From assembly GCA_965113315.1 (NCBI GenBank), contig OZ220376.1: 64,000 bases of DNA. One strand, given 5' to 3'. Each line of letters opens with the position of its first letter. Positions within the stretch are counted from its first letter, which is position 1. Positions 13,748 through 27,657 of the stretch are shown one piece after another. The position numbers and the translations under genes were made by a program. A model generated the notes under the pieces. It ran no database searches. It saw only the letters and a list, made by a program, of their open reading frames with translations, and was not told where the DNA came from. Origin of the DNA: Podarcis vaucheri (Eukaryota).

Positions 13748-14669
13748 GTAAAGTAGGACATGTAGGTACCCTAGCAGTGAATAGATTAATGGCAAATGGC
13801 TTCTGGGGACCTCTGTTCTTCTCTTCCTTTGCATCAATTCATGTATCTGACGAACTGGACCCAGTCTGCAAAAGCTGCATCCATAATATATTTGTTAAGC
13901 TTCTATGTTGATTTTGCTATAACAGACTAGCATGGCTACCCTCTAGAAATCTTTCTCTGTGTTTGTCTCTTACACCCCCCTGTACACCCACACACTCTCT
14001 TCCCTTTTCTTGTGATGATTTTTGGAAAATCCATCAGTATTCACACAAATGCAAAACAAAAACGTCTCAGTAAAGAAGAGATTTTTATTTCCCCTCCCCA
14101 AGAAATGTGGTTCCAGTACAACATTAGTGAGAGGGCATATGAAAAACAGAAAAATATATATGTTTAAAGATTGTATTCATGGCACTTTGATAACAGAAAC
14201 CGCCAACTTCTTACAGATCCTTGATTTCCCCCACACACACACACACACCCAAACATTCCTCATTTGATATAAAGAATTTCATCACAAGGGTAGTTATCGT
14301 TGTCATTTCAGTAGAAGTTGTGCAACAGGCTGGCAGAGTGGAGAAATGCAACAGTGGTTTTTTAAAGGGTCTGTGCAAATGGAAGAGGGGAGAGGAGCAG
14401 GCAACTCTGGAGTCGAAAGCTTAAAAAAATTAATTGACACATTTCCATGTGTAAAACAGACAGTGTGATCCAGTGAAGGTGTTACTGCAGCTGTCTAATT
14501 CCTATAAACCCAGACTGCCAGTGACATAAAGCAGTGTAACATCTGAAGCTGGGACTCATAGAAGATTGCAGAAACAACTCCAATACCTTGACAAAATTAC
14601 AAGATGTGCCCCCCCCCCCATGTTGGCCCAATGCAGCTGTCTGAGCTGGAGCAGCAAATCTACCCACCA

Positions 14670-14672
<3 letters not shown>

Positions 14673-14722
<50 letters not shown>
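14673..14722. repeat. (CA)n microsatellite
   Basis: Direct observation. Confidence 0.95.
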
Positions 14723-14724
<2 letters not shown>

Positions 14725-17700
14725 CAAGTGAATGGTACAAATTGTTTTGGCACTTAAAAATCCCACAAACACCTTGCCCACTCCTTGCACTCCTTGAGAG
14801 TCAACATGCAATCATAACAAACTAAATAGCAAGCCCTTTAATGGCAGCCAGAATTGGTATCTGAAGTAGCCTTAGACTGTCTAAACCAAGACTGACTCAG
14901 AGCTGATGCAGATATAACTGCAGCCATGCAAGCTGCAACCTTTCTTGTCTGCCCAAGGAGATCACTACTGGTGTCAACCATGATGGTTTGCAGAGGTCCA
15001 GCTGGTGCCAGGAATGCCCACTCCAGTTCTGATTGCATTTCCTTTCTGCTGAAAGATTTGCAAGAGTAACAGGGGAGCTTAGTGCTTGTTAGAGTCCCCA
15101 CCATGACCAGATTTTGTTATTCTCTTAAAAGTGAGGCTGGAAAACAGATGAGGTGGAAAGCTAATTGCTGTCTTTTTGCCCACCCAAAAACTGGTGGGAT
15201 GCTGAATTGGGTACTTTTAGTGTGGACAGCTGTGGTCACACCATCTCAAAAAAGGGTATCATTTAACGCGTAAAGATGTAAAAAGAGCAACCAAAAGAAA
15301 AATGTGGTTGGCAGATGGGTGGGTCGGAGCATCAGAACCTTGTAGGAAAGGCTATAGCATTGGAGTGGGGAGGAAGACAGTTTAACAAAGAGACATTATT
15401 GCATTTTTAAAAGACTCATGCATGGCATGGAGACTATGAATAGAAATAAATGTTTTTTTCCTTTGTCAAAGAAGGTTACATCTCAGGGTCACCTAATGAA
15501 ATTGACTGGCAAGAGAATCATAGCAAGCAAAATGAAGTACTTCCTCACATAGCAGACAAATAACTTGATGGAATTCACAGAACCAAGATATGTTGTTAGT
15601 CACTAGCTGAAATGGTTTCTAAAAGGGTTTAGACAAATTAATGGAGGAGAAATCTAATCAATGGCTAATAGTCACGACGGCTGCTGGACTCTCAAGATTC
15701 AGAGGCAGCTGATGGGGAGCAGCAGCAAGAGAGAGAAATTGCCTTGAAGCCCTACTTAGAATTGGAAGCTTCCCAGAGATATCTGGCTGGCCACTGTGAG
15801 AACAGCATGGTGGACTAGATGGATCCAGCAACCAGGTTCTTATTGTGTTCTGATCAGACTGCACTAAATATTAGGGAAAGGGTTTGCAAAATTAATTACA
15901 AGCGTCCATCCTATTATTTGCAATTGACTTGCGCATGACTACATATATGGGTGGCACTGGGAAATAATTCAATTCAATTCCAACCCAGAAATGGCAGGCG
16001 AGAGCTGGAGAGTCCTCGTGTCTTGCAAGGAGACCCTCCCTGGACCAGAGTGGGGCTTTGTTTATGCTGCTTAGCCTCCCCACCTAACTGCTGGGGGGGG
16101 GGGTAGTACAGCAGCAGCAACCACTTTCCCACTCATCCTTCACCTTCTAGTTGTGGATATTTTTAGATGCAATATTTTTTGGTGTGGATTGAAGAGAGTG
16201 TGGCAGAAAGGGCATTTAAAGGGTGTTTAGAGGGTCTCCTCACTTCACACAATTTCACTTAGGCATGTGGGGGCCCAGAACATAACCCCTGCATAAGTGG
16301 AGGGGGGCCACCTGTATCATTACTGCATTTTCCCTAAGGAGCTCAATGTGGTGCATTTATTTCATCTGTTTATTAAATTTAGATCCCACCCTCCTTCCCA
16401 AAAGAGGCCAGGGCAAGATGGTTTTTCCTCTCTCAATATTATCCTCCTAACAACCCTGTAAGGTAACTTAGGCTGAGAGTTGGTGACTGGCCCAGCAAGC
16501 TCCATGGCCAAGTAGGGATTTGAACCCTGGTCTCCCAAAGTCATAGTCCAACACTAACCCAGCCTCTCTCAACCTTGGGTCCCCACATGTTGAACTGCAA
16601 CTCCCACTATTCCTAGCCAGCATGGCCAGTGGTCTGGGATGATGGGAGTAGTGTGCTCTAACCACTACACCATGTCTGGAGAGTTGCATGTTCCATCATC
16701 ACTCTGTGTCCCACCAATATGGAGCTTCATCACCTGGACGCTTCCCACTGCAGCCAGGACTAGACGGTTAAGAACTTTGATTCAGGAGATTGTACTGGAA
16801 AGCAAACAGACAATCTTTTGACCCATGTAGTAGTGATGACTGCTGGAGTGGTCCAAGCGGATGCTTTTTTTTTCAGCTGGAGGAAGGAAACCTAGGAAGC
16901 AGATGTCATTTGCAGGTAACACCAACTTACCGTAGTTTCCATTAAGCCAAGCTATGGCAACGGAGGCCAGTGTGATGAAACCACACCACAGTTTGTGGAT
17001 AAAATGTTCCACCTTCCAAGAACATGGCCAAATTTAGCTGATTAGAAGCAGAGAGAAAAGTTGTGATCGGAAGCAGGAACTCAGCCAAGCTAGGTGGTCA
17101 AGCTCAGCACTACGGCCTCCACTGACTGGCAGAAAGTGCATTGCCAGCCTCATTGCCTGCAGCAGCACTTATGGTACATTATGCCAGCCCTGCAGAGGCA
17201 TGACTACTAGCAGCTGCCTAATGCCAGTAGATCAGGACCTGCAGATGGGTAGCAAGGCCACATCAGGTGGATCTCAGCAAAGCTGTTGCCGCCATGTTGG
17301 ATTCCACCTTAGGCTGGCCAGACCAAAGGAGCACTACATGTGTGTCTGGACGAAGTGGCAGGGGAATGGAATGGGCCATTTAAAATAATAATAATAATAA
17401 TAATAAGGTACGTATTTCCTGCCACCCACATGCTTGTGCCCTTCTCCTGCCATACTGCAGGGCTGATTTGCATTTAGTAGCAATGCTAAGGGAACACTGT
17501 GCTCTGTGAATTGCCATTTTAGGATTCATCACGTGCCTTATCAGCTCTGTAAGGTATAAATCAAATGTAAAAATGGGTCCTATGTTGTAGCCTGGGAGTC
17601 AGAGGTGAGTCTCTGGTTTCAACCAGACCACTCCTTTATGCCGGGGGTAGGGGGGCGAATTCTGGGCAATCTTCTGGAGGCCACATGTCCGTGCAGGATG

Positions 17701-17754
17701 GGACCAATTAATGGAGCAATTAATATAAATTTTACCTGTGCATGGTAAGCTTGT

Positions 17755-17793
<39 letters not shown>

Positions 17794-19217
17794 CTCTCTA
17801 GCCTCCATGTATGCAAGGACACATTCCAACCAGGCAAAAACAAAACCACCCAAAGAGTGCAAAATGGGGCCAGTGAGGGGTGTGGCAACTTAGCAGAAGA
17901 CAGCTTTCTATGTTCATAAATCATCCAGAATGATGAAGCCCAACTTTAATCACCTGCAGTTTCGCCCTCAAGGCAACAGCTGCAGTGGCACAGGGAACTG
18001 GCACCTGACCAACAAAATTCCTAGCTGAACTCCACAGTGCCTGGCATATTTTTTGTGTGTCCTTCACTGAAGTTATAAATGCTTGTACAGATGATATATT
18101 TCCAACGGCACTGCTTATGTGTTGCAGCAGTGAACCAAACCAATCCAAATAAACAAGGTAACTTCTAGAAGGGGCTTTTGCTGCAAGAGCTTAGGATCTT
18201 TCCTCATACTAAGTCAGACTTTTGGTCTAGGTAACTCAGTACTGTCTACACTGACTGGCAGCAGCCCCGCAGGGTTTCAGGCAAGGAATTTTTCTCAGTC
18301 GTATCTGGAGATCCCAAACATTGAACCTGGAATCGCCATCCAAAACAGGTGTTTTGCCATTAAGTACTGCCCAAATTCAGAGCCAAGTACATGTACATGC
18401 ATCAGCAGTGGAAGATAGCAGAGCTCACCCCACAGCAGAAATAAATGCATGAGATCCCAAAGCTGAGCATATCTGTATGCACCCCCAAGTCTTTTGAAGT
18501 TTGCTTGTTGGCTTGTGGACTTGAAGATCATGCAGGGATGTCAACAAAACTGTATGCAGATCTCTCCAGCCCAGGAAATGCCATGCATTGCGCTCAGCTG
18601 CTGGGGGGGGGTCATATTTGATTACCCGGTGCCCAGAAATAGAGAAAACAGACCTGCTATTGGCAACCTAATTATAGAAAGTCCGCCTGTCTTTTGCAAC
18701 AGTGGAACAGCAAGGGGTTAACCGTGGCAGGTTATTGCTCTATTATGCAGGCAAACAAAGGATCTTCCTGGGTGAGCAAAGGTCTATTTTCTTCTCTTAA
18801 ACCCCCCCCCCCAACCCCTCGATGGAAACAGAGACTAACAAAAAGCAAAGAAAGCAGCTCTGAGTTCTTGAGTTACAGAACAAAGCATTAGAAACTGACA
18901 AAAGATCCTTCCTGGAGAAGGGAGGGGAGTTGTAAATCCTGGCTTTGTTACAGGCATGGTTTTCATTTAAAGTTATGGAAATGCTTGAGAGGTCTGTCTC
19001 CCTGAAACACATGGATCACATATAATAAAAGTGAGAGCTATGCTGCAGAGAAAGCTGCCTTAAATGAAGTCAGGCAATTTGTCCATTTAGCATAGTATTC
19101 TCTAGTCTGAGTAGCAAGAGCTGCCCAGGTAGTGCCTTTCCTTTCCCCTGCTCCCTGGGGTACTTCTGGGGCAGGGTGGGTCCAACACGTTCCCACCCCT
19201 TCCCGCATATTGGACTT

Positions 19218-19219
<2 letters not shown>

Positions 19220-19264
<45 letters not shown>
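19220..19264. repeat. (CT)n microsatellite
   Basis: Direct observation. Confidence 0.95.
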
Positions 19265-19271
<7 letters not shown>

Positions 19272-22200
19272 TGCAATAAGGAAAGTGATGGGGAAACACT
19301 GCAGAAACCGCTAAATAAATTCCCATCATCATCAAACCTTCCCACTTCCTTTGCGCAAGCAAATCAGGATGCAAGCTCAGCAAACTAGTCCGGAAATAAC
19401 TCTGATTTTTATTATGAATGAACTTGGGACTTCCTCCATGCACAGCATGTGCTCTACCATATTCCAGGGAAGCAACAGTTATCCCTCACTTCTGTCACTG
19501 AGTAGGATCTGGCATAATCTTCCAGCACTTCCTATGTCAAAATGCTTCCACCTGCACTGGTCCACTTGCCATGGCTAGAATGAGCCTCCCTGTGGCTCAG
19601 CACATCTGGTTTCTTACACAAAAAAGTGCCTGCCTCTTCTCGGGTATGAGACCTTATCCTTGAATGGGATGGTAGTAGGCAACTAGACCCTTTGAGTAGA
19701 TTCAGCCCAGCCAACCCTGAGGCAATTTTATTTGGCCCCTGGAAGCCCCACCAAGATCTAATCGAGGGGCGGGGAAAGGTTGCTCACGGTTGCATTCATG
19801 GAGAAAAGAAGAATGTTTGCAAGAAACAAAAGCTATGCCAATACACAGAAATTACATACACAAGGGCAAAAAAGGGATGTACGGTATGTGATGTGCAAGA
19901 TGCAGAATGTGTGGTGCAATGGCAGCTAGTGTCAGACTTATTCTAGGGAGATCCAAGTTCAAATTCCTGGCAACGGACTGGATGGCTTTGGGCCAGACAC
20001 CATCTCTCAACCTAGCCTACCTTAGGATAAAAGACAGAAATTATGCATGCTGTCATTTGAGAAAGGCAGAATAAAAAGATTACAATGAAACCTTTATTAT
20101 GAAGCATGTCTACAGAGGAAGTTGCATTAAACCGAGTCAGGGCATTGGGCCATTTAGCTCAATATTGCCTACACTGACTGGCAGAGGCTCTCCAGGGTTT
20201 CAGGCAGGGAGTCTTTCCCAGCCCTGCCTGGAGCTACCCAGGAGCGAAACTGGGACCTTTTGCATGCAAAGCAAATGCCCTACTGCTGAGTTACCCATCA
20301 GCCATTCAGATGTTTGCAACAAACTTCCTTATGCCCTTCCCCAGAGGAAAGTCTGGAGGACTGAGCACCCCCCCCCCAAGTGAATAGATGTGGGTCATCC
20401 CTGTTTTAGAACTCCAACAAGGAGTACAGGAGATTACCATCTGGATATGGCCCCAAAGCACTGCTGCCTCTTGTCTGTCTCCCTTCCTGCTCAGTCAAGT
20501 TTGCACTTCCACATATGTTACACTTGGGCCAGACATAAAAGCAGCACACACACACACCCCGGGGGGGGGGGGGGAGGTTAATCCGACAGCATACTGTGAA
20601 GGAGTTAGCCAGGAAACGTGATGTATGTGTGCACACCCTTCGTTCCCAGCCTCGTCCACCCCCACGCCAGTCCTGGCCGCTGCCTTTTTCCGGCTCCTAG
20701 GCTTACAGAGAGTCTGGTTTCACTTCTTTCCAGCTGCATGTGTGGATGTGGATGAGCTCCAGGTGCTGAGGAGCCAAGAGAGCAGCTGTTCCCTACCCAC
20801 CCACCCACCCCCCACTCTTCCAGCCATAGCTATCAGCCAACCTTGGTATTACTATAGCTCAGCTGAAAATGAACAGCAAGGAGGAGAAAGGAGACCTCCT
20901 TTGAATTGCTGGTACACAGCTGTGGTTTGCAGGCCACCCTGCTGGGAGAAAAAACCAGGCCAAAGAAGTCAGGTTAAGGGGGGAAGCTTAGAGAAGTCAG
21001 GAATACACACATTCCTTGTTCTGATCCAAGGAGAAACACTGAAAGATTGAACCAGGACATTGAGATTTGCCCCCCCCCCACTTTAATGTAGGCATCTAAT
21101 GCATGATATATTTACTCTCTCTCTCATGCCTCTTACAAGCTCAGCTGCTATCCTGTCCTAACTGGGGCCCTGTCAACGACCTGCCCTTTGCATCCTCTGA
21201 AACCACAACTCTGATGCAGCAACCGTCAAGCTACAGGTTACATTAATTCTATCAAGAATACCCGATACATTGCTTTGGAAAACTAGTGGAACAACCGTCT
21301 GTGGTGGACAACCTCACAGCACACTCCTGCGTCAGTATATTGCCAATGTGCAACCAACCAGAGGCACAATGCAGACTGCATGGGTTGGTGGCACATGGCT
21401 GAATTTATAGTCAGGTGGGCAAAGCTCCACCAGCACTAGAAACTTCCTTAGTTTGCAGCACTTTGTGCTGAAGGGCAGATTAGGCCAGCCTCTTCTTTCG
21501 CAATCTGGGCTGTACTTCCCAATGAACAGTTGCCCCGCCATCCCCACAGGAAAGCTGTACCCCTTTGTCAGCTTCGGCTGCAGTTTCAACTGTCCCATGT
21601 CTCTTGAAACTTGTCTTGGGCTCTTTTGCTACCACTGTGCACCTTCTCCATCAAACGGTATTTCTTCACTTTCACTACTTGCAAGAAGTGACAATATCTG
21701 TTTATTCCAAAAACATCCTGACAGTAACCTTTGACCTGGGCTTTCCACCCTGGAAAAGGAGCATCATTCTAGAGCTACCACCAACTGGAATCCCCAGGCT
21801 CCATCATCCTTCTCAGCCGGCAGAAGCGCACCGTTTTTGTCCTGCAGAAGCTTGTGAACTTTTGGCTTCGCTCATGTTTCACTAGGCAATGCTGCTCCAC
21901 GATCCTCATTAAAAAAAAATAATAGGTATCTCTTTCTGTGATCAGTCAACAATATGCATAGCTGTGTTGGGAGACGAGCAGAAAGCATCCTTGTGGGAGG
22001 AAACGCCTTCCCTGCTCTCATTCTGCTGGTGTTTTTTTAAAAAAGGAGTTTTTCCCGGGGCTCTTTGTAAACAAACAGTTCTGTGTGGCAAAGAAGCTCG
22101 CAAACCCAAGGTCAGGGCGACTTTTGTAAGGGAACAGCCTGACACACAGCCAGCCAGCCCTGCCACTTGCCTCCAGCTTTTCACCATCCTTCCTGGATCG

Positions 22201-22434
22201 GGCCAATTCCCTTTCACTGTCCAAAACATCGTTCAACACATTCAGTAAAAACAGGACAAAAGTTGCCCCCACACTGCCAGGTTCCACTGTCCTTTTTCTC
22301 TCTTCCCAAAACATTGGAGGGCGCTGCCAAAGCCCCCTTCCTGGCTCCCCTCATTCTGCCATGGAGTACAAGAAAAAGGTGGGGTTCTTGCCAGCCATGG
22401 GTCTACCTGCTGGGGTTTGGGTTTGGTGCCTGCA

Positions 22435-22809
22435 TCACAAAGCCCCCTGTTCGACGGAAGCAGGCTCCTCTTGCTGTTTCTTGCGCTGCCGCTGTCTCTT
22501 GGCCCGCCAGCAGACCAAGGCGCCCACCAGCAGGCCCACCCCGAAGATCAGGGTGGCCACCGAGACCACCTTGGCAATGTCCATCTGCCGCCCATTGATG
22601 GTGAAGGTGATGCACGTGGCAGCAATGCCAATGACCAGGGAGACGATGCCAAAGGGGAAGACGCAGCGGTACCAGGATTTCTCTGTGCCCCCCGTGGCCA
22701 GCGCCAGCTTGTTGAGTGTGGCCGTGGAGTCGGTGGTGGCAGCCACTGCAGGCAGACCCGGCTTCCCTCCTTGCAAGCAAGTCAGCGAGTTGGACTTGCA
22801 GCCCATCAT
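22435..22809 (-). CDS. Transmembrane protein 100-like (TMEM100/PIRT family), 124 aa, two TM helices
   Basis: MMGCKS...LALATGGTEKSWYRCVFPFGIVSLVIGIAATCITF...LLVGALVCWRAKRQRQRKK matches the TMEM100 signature ATGGTELSCYRCIIPF plus two TMs and a CW-basic tail. Strong acceptor at 22905, upstream donor at 23087, AATAAA at 21706-21701. Confidence 0.88.
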   Translation of the reverse strand: MMGCKSNSLTCLQGGKPGLPAVAATTDSTATLNKLALATGGTEKSWYRCVFPFGIVSLVIGIAATCITFTINGRQMDIAKVVSVATLIFGVGLLVGALVCWRAKRQRQRKKQQEEPASVEQGAL

Positions 22810-23505
22810 CCTGGCAAGGTGCACAGGGGCAGGTGCCCACGCGAGCCTGGAGAGTTTGCAGTCACAGCATGGGCTGCAGCCTCCTGCCCCCAGCACAGCT
22901 TTCTCTGCAAGGGAGAAGAGAAGTGAGAAAAGCAAAGTCCTGTGTTCTTCCTTGTCTTCCTTGGTCTCTTTCCTCGGGCTCTGGCTGCTGTTGCCGCTGT
23001 TTGCTTTCTGCTCTGAGCTGTGGCTTGGAGGACTCTTTTGCCGCAACATCAACAGGCGATTGGCAGATGGGAGTAGTGATATCATACCTGTGGGCGGGAA
23101 CTCTGAGCCTGTTAACTGTTTCGGAGGAGCTGCGGGCAAGCACTGGGTTTGAGAGAGTCCAAGGGAAGAGGCTGATGCTAACTGGCTTCTAGGATTTTAT
23201 TCTAGTCTGCTCAGATTCCCCACACACACACACACACACACACCATTTCACCATACACTTGCTTTTTATTGATTTTTAAGTGTTCTCAACTTACAGTTTT
23301 TCAGATGTATTTCACCTTTGTAAGTTACTTTGGCCCCTTTACTGCTTTATTTCAGAGGTGAGGAAACTTTCTGAGCCCAAGGGTCACATTCTCCTCTAGG
23401 CAACCTTCTGAGGGCCACATGCCAGTGGTAGGTGGGGCCAGAGGCACAAGTGGTTGGAGCAAGAAATATAGATTTTACCTTTGTAAAGTAGTCAGGTTTC
23501 TATGT

Positions 23506-23553
<48 letters not shown>

Positions 23554-23919
23554 CTCATGTTCTATCCTTCATCTAGACAAGCAAAGGGCATTGTCACAGT
23601 TCAAGGACACATTCTGACCAGGCAAAGAACACTTTGGCTGGAAAGCAGAGCCAATGACTTGGAGACATAGGAGACAACTTCTAGGAGCCAAGAGGGCTTT
23701 GCCCCCAATAAAATATTTGAGGTGGCTGCCCCCCAATTGATGGGCACTGCCATTCAAATGGTGTGTATGCACTGCATCATGTGACCAATTAAGCAGGGTG
23801 GGGCTTACCTGAGGACCCCTCCCCCCAATATTTTATTCAAGCTAGCACACCTGCCTGGAGAGAGGAGGTGTGGCCTGGGGAGAATTCTGAGGGCCAGTTA
23901 GAGAGGCCAGGAGGGTCTC

Positions 23920-25815
23920 AGGGCAGTTCACAGAATAAACTAAATACATAATCAAACAACAACAACCCAATAACCCCCCATCCACATTTTAAAAGGGCAT
24001 AGGATGTCAATCAAATCAACCAAAGGTCTGGTTTAAAAGGAACATTTTTGCCTGGCGCCTCAAGCTGTATAATGAAGGCACCAGGCAAACTTCCCTGGAA
24101 AGAGCATTCCACAGATGGGGAGCCACTGCAGAGAAGGCCCGTTCTTGTATTGCCACCCTATGGACCTCTCAAGGAGGAAGCACACGAATGAGGGCTTCAG
24201 AAGATGATCTCAGGGTCCAGGTAGGTTCATATGAAAAGAGGCGGCCCTTGAGGTATTGCGGTCCTGAGCCATTTAAGGCTTTATATGTCAAAACCAGCAC
24301 TGTGAATTGGGCCCACAAACTAATTGGTAGCCAGTGCAGTTGGGCCACAATCAGTGTAATATGCTCAAACTAACTTGCTCCGGTGAGCAACCTGGCTGCT
24401 GAATTCTGCACCAGCTGAAGTTTCCGAACCATCTTCAGAGGCAGCCCTACATATAACACATTGCTGTAATCTAACCCGAGGTTACCAGAGCATTGGCAAC
24501 AGTAGTTAAGCTATCCCTGTCCAGATAGAGGTGTAGCTGGGCCACCAGCTGAAGCTGATGGAAGGCACTCCAAGCCACTGAGGCCACCTGAGCCTCGAGC
24601 GACAGCAAAGGATCCAGGAGTACCCCCAAGCTACAAACCTGCTTCTTCAGAGGAAGTGTAACCCCATCAAGAGCAGATGATCTCCCAACCATCTGGTCTA
24701 GGGAACCACCCACTAACAGTGCCTCAGTCTGATCTGGATTGAGCTTCAGTTTGTTGGCTCTCATCCAGTCCATTACTGAGGCAAGACACTGGTCAAGCAC
24801 TTCCACTGCCTCACCTGCAGATGTAAAGAAGAAATAGAGCTGAGTGTCATCAGCATACGGCTGACAACGTACAGTGGTACCTCGCAAGACGAACGCCTCG
24901 CAAGACGGAAAACCCGCTAGATGAAAGGGTTTTCCATTTTGGAGGCGCTTCGCAAGACGAATTTCCCTATGGGCTTGCTTCACAAGACGACAGCCCATAG
25001 GGAAATATCCGGGACAGCGGGGAAGCGCAGCGCGTCTTCCCCACTGTCCTCGGACCTCCTCCGAAGCCGGGCGGTGGGACGGGAACGCCTCCTCCCGCCG
25101 CCGCCGGGCTTCGGAACGCTGCTCCGAAGCCGGGCGGCGGGGCGGGAACACCTTCTGAAGGCGGGCGGGGGGGCGAAAGTCTTTGTCCCCCCTGCCTGCC
25201 TTCCCAGGGGCTTTTAAATCGCCCCAGACAGCGGAGAAGTCCTCCGCTGTCCCGGGGCGATTTTAAAATGCCGCCCGCCAGCATTTTAAGATCGCCCGGA
25301 CAGCGGAGAAGTCCTCCGCTGTCCCAGGGTTTTTTAAAATGCTGGGGGTGGGAAGAAAAGCCCTTGTCCCCCCCCCCCAGCCTTCAGAAGAGGTCCGGGG
25401 ACAGACTGTCCCCGGACCTGGTCTGAAGGCGGTTTCCCTAGGAACGCATTAATTGATTTTCAATGCATTCCTATGGGAAACCGTGCATCGCAAGACGAAA
25501 AACTCGCAAGACGAAGAGACTTGTGGAACGAATTAATTTCATCTTGCGAGGCACCACTGCACTCCAAACCTCCAGATAACACCCCCAGCAGTTTCATGTA
25601 GATGTTAAACAATGTGGGGGATAGGATTGCACCCCACATAACCCAACATTGAAGGTTCTACAGGGCTGAAAAGCATTCCCCAAGCAACACCCTCTGGGAA
25701 CGACCATCCAAGTAGAAGTGGAACCACTGGAAAGTGGTGTCACCCACCCCTAGTTCAGACAGTTGCTCCAGAAGGATCCCATAGTCAATGGTATCAAAAG
25801 TTGCTGAGAAGTAAG
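23920..25815 (-). mobile_element. L2-clade LINE 3' fragment (degraded RT), interrupted by a MITE
   Basis: YADDTQLY, WMRANKLKLNPDQTE and LGVLLDP motifs in ORF 24471..25151. Confidence 0.8.
24872..25559. mobile_element. Tc1/mariner (Tigger-like) non-autonomous element nested in the L2
   Basis: TIRs CAGTGGTACCTCGCAAGA / TCTTGCGAGGCACCACTG; TA on the left, CA (mutated TA) on the right; GC-rich interior. Confidence 0.85.
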
Positions 25816-26134
25816 AGGACCAGACTTGGTCATTTAGAAAGTTCCAGGTCAGGCTTTGTCATTGAGCTAGTAATGACAGGATTGTGCTTGGGGTATACAT
25901 GGTGCCTATGGATTTGGAAGCAGCATATAGCTATTACGGTTCATAAAATCATGAAAGCACCATGCAAAGTATGTTTATAAAAATTAATCCTCCCCCTCTG
26001 ACCTGCAATCCAAAAGCTTTTAACTGTTAGTCATTTTTTAAATTCTTTGTTCTCCTGCTTTGTAAAACAAACCTGAATAAAGATGATAATCCTCCTACAT
26101 ATACATTTATAAAACAACTCCATTGTTGCTATCG

Positions 26135-27282
26135 CCGCTCCAGATGGGACAGAGCAGCCGGGGAATTATGTGAGGCTGCTGTTTGTGGATTTTAGCTCTG
26201 CTTTTAACACTATCCTCCCCCATAGACTGGTGTCCAAGCTAGAGACGATTGGACTCCCCAACTCCACCTGTCTCTGGGTTTTGGATTTTTTGTCAGAACG
26301 TTCTCAGAGGGTTAGAGTAGGGTCACATGTGTCCACAGCCCTTAGCCTTAACACCGGCTCACCACAGGGTTGCGTGTTGAGTCCCCTGCTCTATGCTCTC
26401 TACACGTATGACTGTACAGCCATCTACTCCAGCAACAAAATCATCAAATTTGCTGATGACACTATGGTGGTGGGGCTCATTTCGGGAGGGGATGAGTCCG
26501 CCTATCGGGACGAGGTGGAGCGGCTCTGTGTTTGGTGTGGAGAGAACAATCTGGCTCTCAATACGGCTAAGACCAAGGAATTGGTGGTGGATTACAGGGA
26601 AAAAAAGGCGGACATTCAGCCCTTGTATATCAACGGGGAACGGGTGGAGAGGGTGGCGGAATTCAGGTTTTTGGGAGTGACTATGGATCAGGGCATGACT
26701 TGGAGCGCAAATACCACTGCTCTGGTGAAGAAGGCCCAGCAGAGAATTTATTTCCTCAGACTTTTAAAAAAGAACAATCTGAGTGAGAGACTGCTGGTGT
26801 CCTTCTACCGAGGCTCCATAGAGAGCATACTTACATACTGTATTTGTGCTTGGTTCTCCAGTTGTACAGCTAGGGAGAGGAAGGTGCTCCAGAAGGTCAT
26901 AACCACAGCCCAAAGGATTATTGGTCACCCTCTCCCACCTTTGGAAGAACTGTACGGTTCCCGTTGCCTTAGGAAAGCAAACAACATCCTGCGGTATCCA
27001 TCTCACCCGGGATACAGTCTGTTTGCACTACTGCCTTCTGGCAGGAGGTATAGAAACATCAAGTCTAGGACAAATAGACTGAAAAACAGTTTCTATCCAA
27101 GAGCTGTGGCCTTTTTGAATGCTGTAACTCGATAGTGAGACCTGGGAGTTTGATGGGTGTGGGTGTGGTTGGAAGGTGGTTTGTTTGGTTGTTGCTGTTG
27201 TTTTGCTTTTGTTGTTTTTAAGGGTTGGCATCCAATTTCGTTGCACTTGTGCAATGTTGCACTAGTGTAATGACAATAAAGA

Positions 27283-27325
<43 letters not shown>
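26135..27325 (+). mobile_element. 5'-truncated Rex1/Babar-clade LINE with uninterrupted RT C-terminal ORF (26170..27135)
   Basis: RLLFVDFSSAFNTI, GSPQGCVLSPLLY, KFADD and LLPSGRRYR motifs; 3' AATAAA then (ATCT)n tail; flanked by a 57-bp direct repeat. Confidence 0.9.
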
Positions 27326-27327
<2 letters not shown>

Positions 27328-27657
27328 AAGATGATAATCCTCCTACATATACATTTATAAAACAACTCCATTGTTGCTATCGTTGTCGGTTTTTTGGAGT
27401 GTATACATTTGGTGTCTTTTGTCAAGCATCACAGCATTACAGGTTATTTTTATAGGGCTTCCTTCCCACTTTTCTGGCAATGCAAAGCACTATCGATCAG
27501 TTAAGTAAAAGGGAAAAGTTATAAAAAGGGAAGAGGCTGTGGCTCATTGGTAGAGCATCTAATTTACATACAGATCCCAGAGCTCATGGTCTCAGGTTCA
27601 AGGCTGGGAGAGCTCCCTGTCTGAAACTCTAGAGAGCTGCTGCCAGTCAGTCTAGAC

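Noticed and set aside
22810-23139. 110-aa N-terminal extension of the TMEM100-like ORF (234 aa in the track)
   Set aside because: Starts at a non-ATG codon and reads through a clear intron (donor 23087, acceptor 22905)
22361-23152. 263-aa + strand ORF and other overlapping ORFs
   Set aside because: Antisense or off-frame shadows of the GC-rich TMEM100-like CDS; no recognisable family
24471-25151. 226-aa ORF as a host gene
   Set aside because: Chance fusion of MITE interior with an L2 RT fragment
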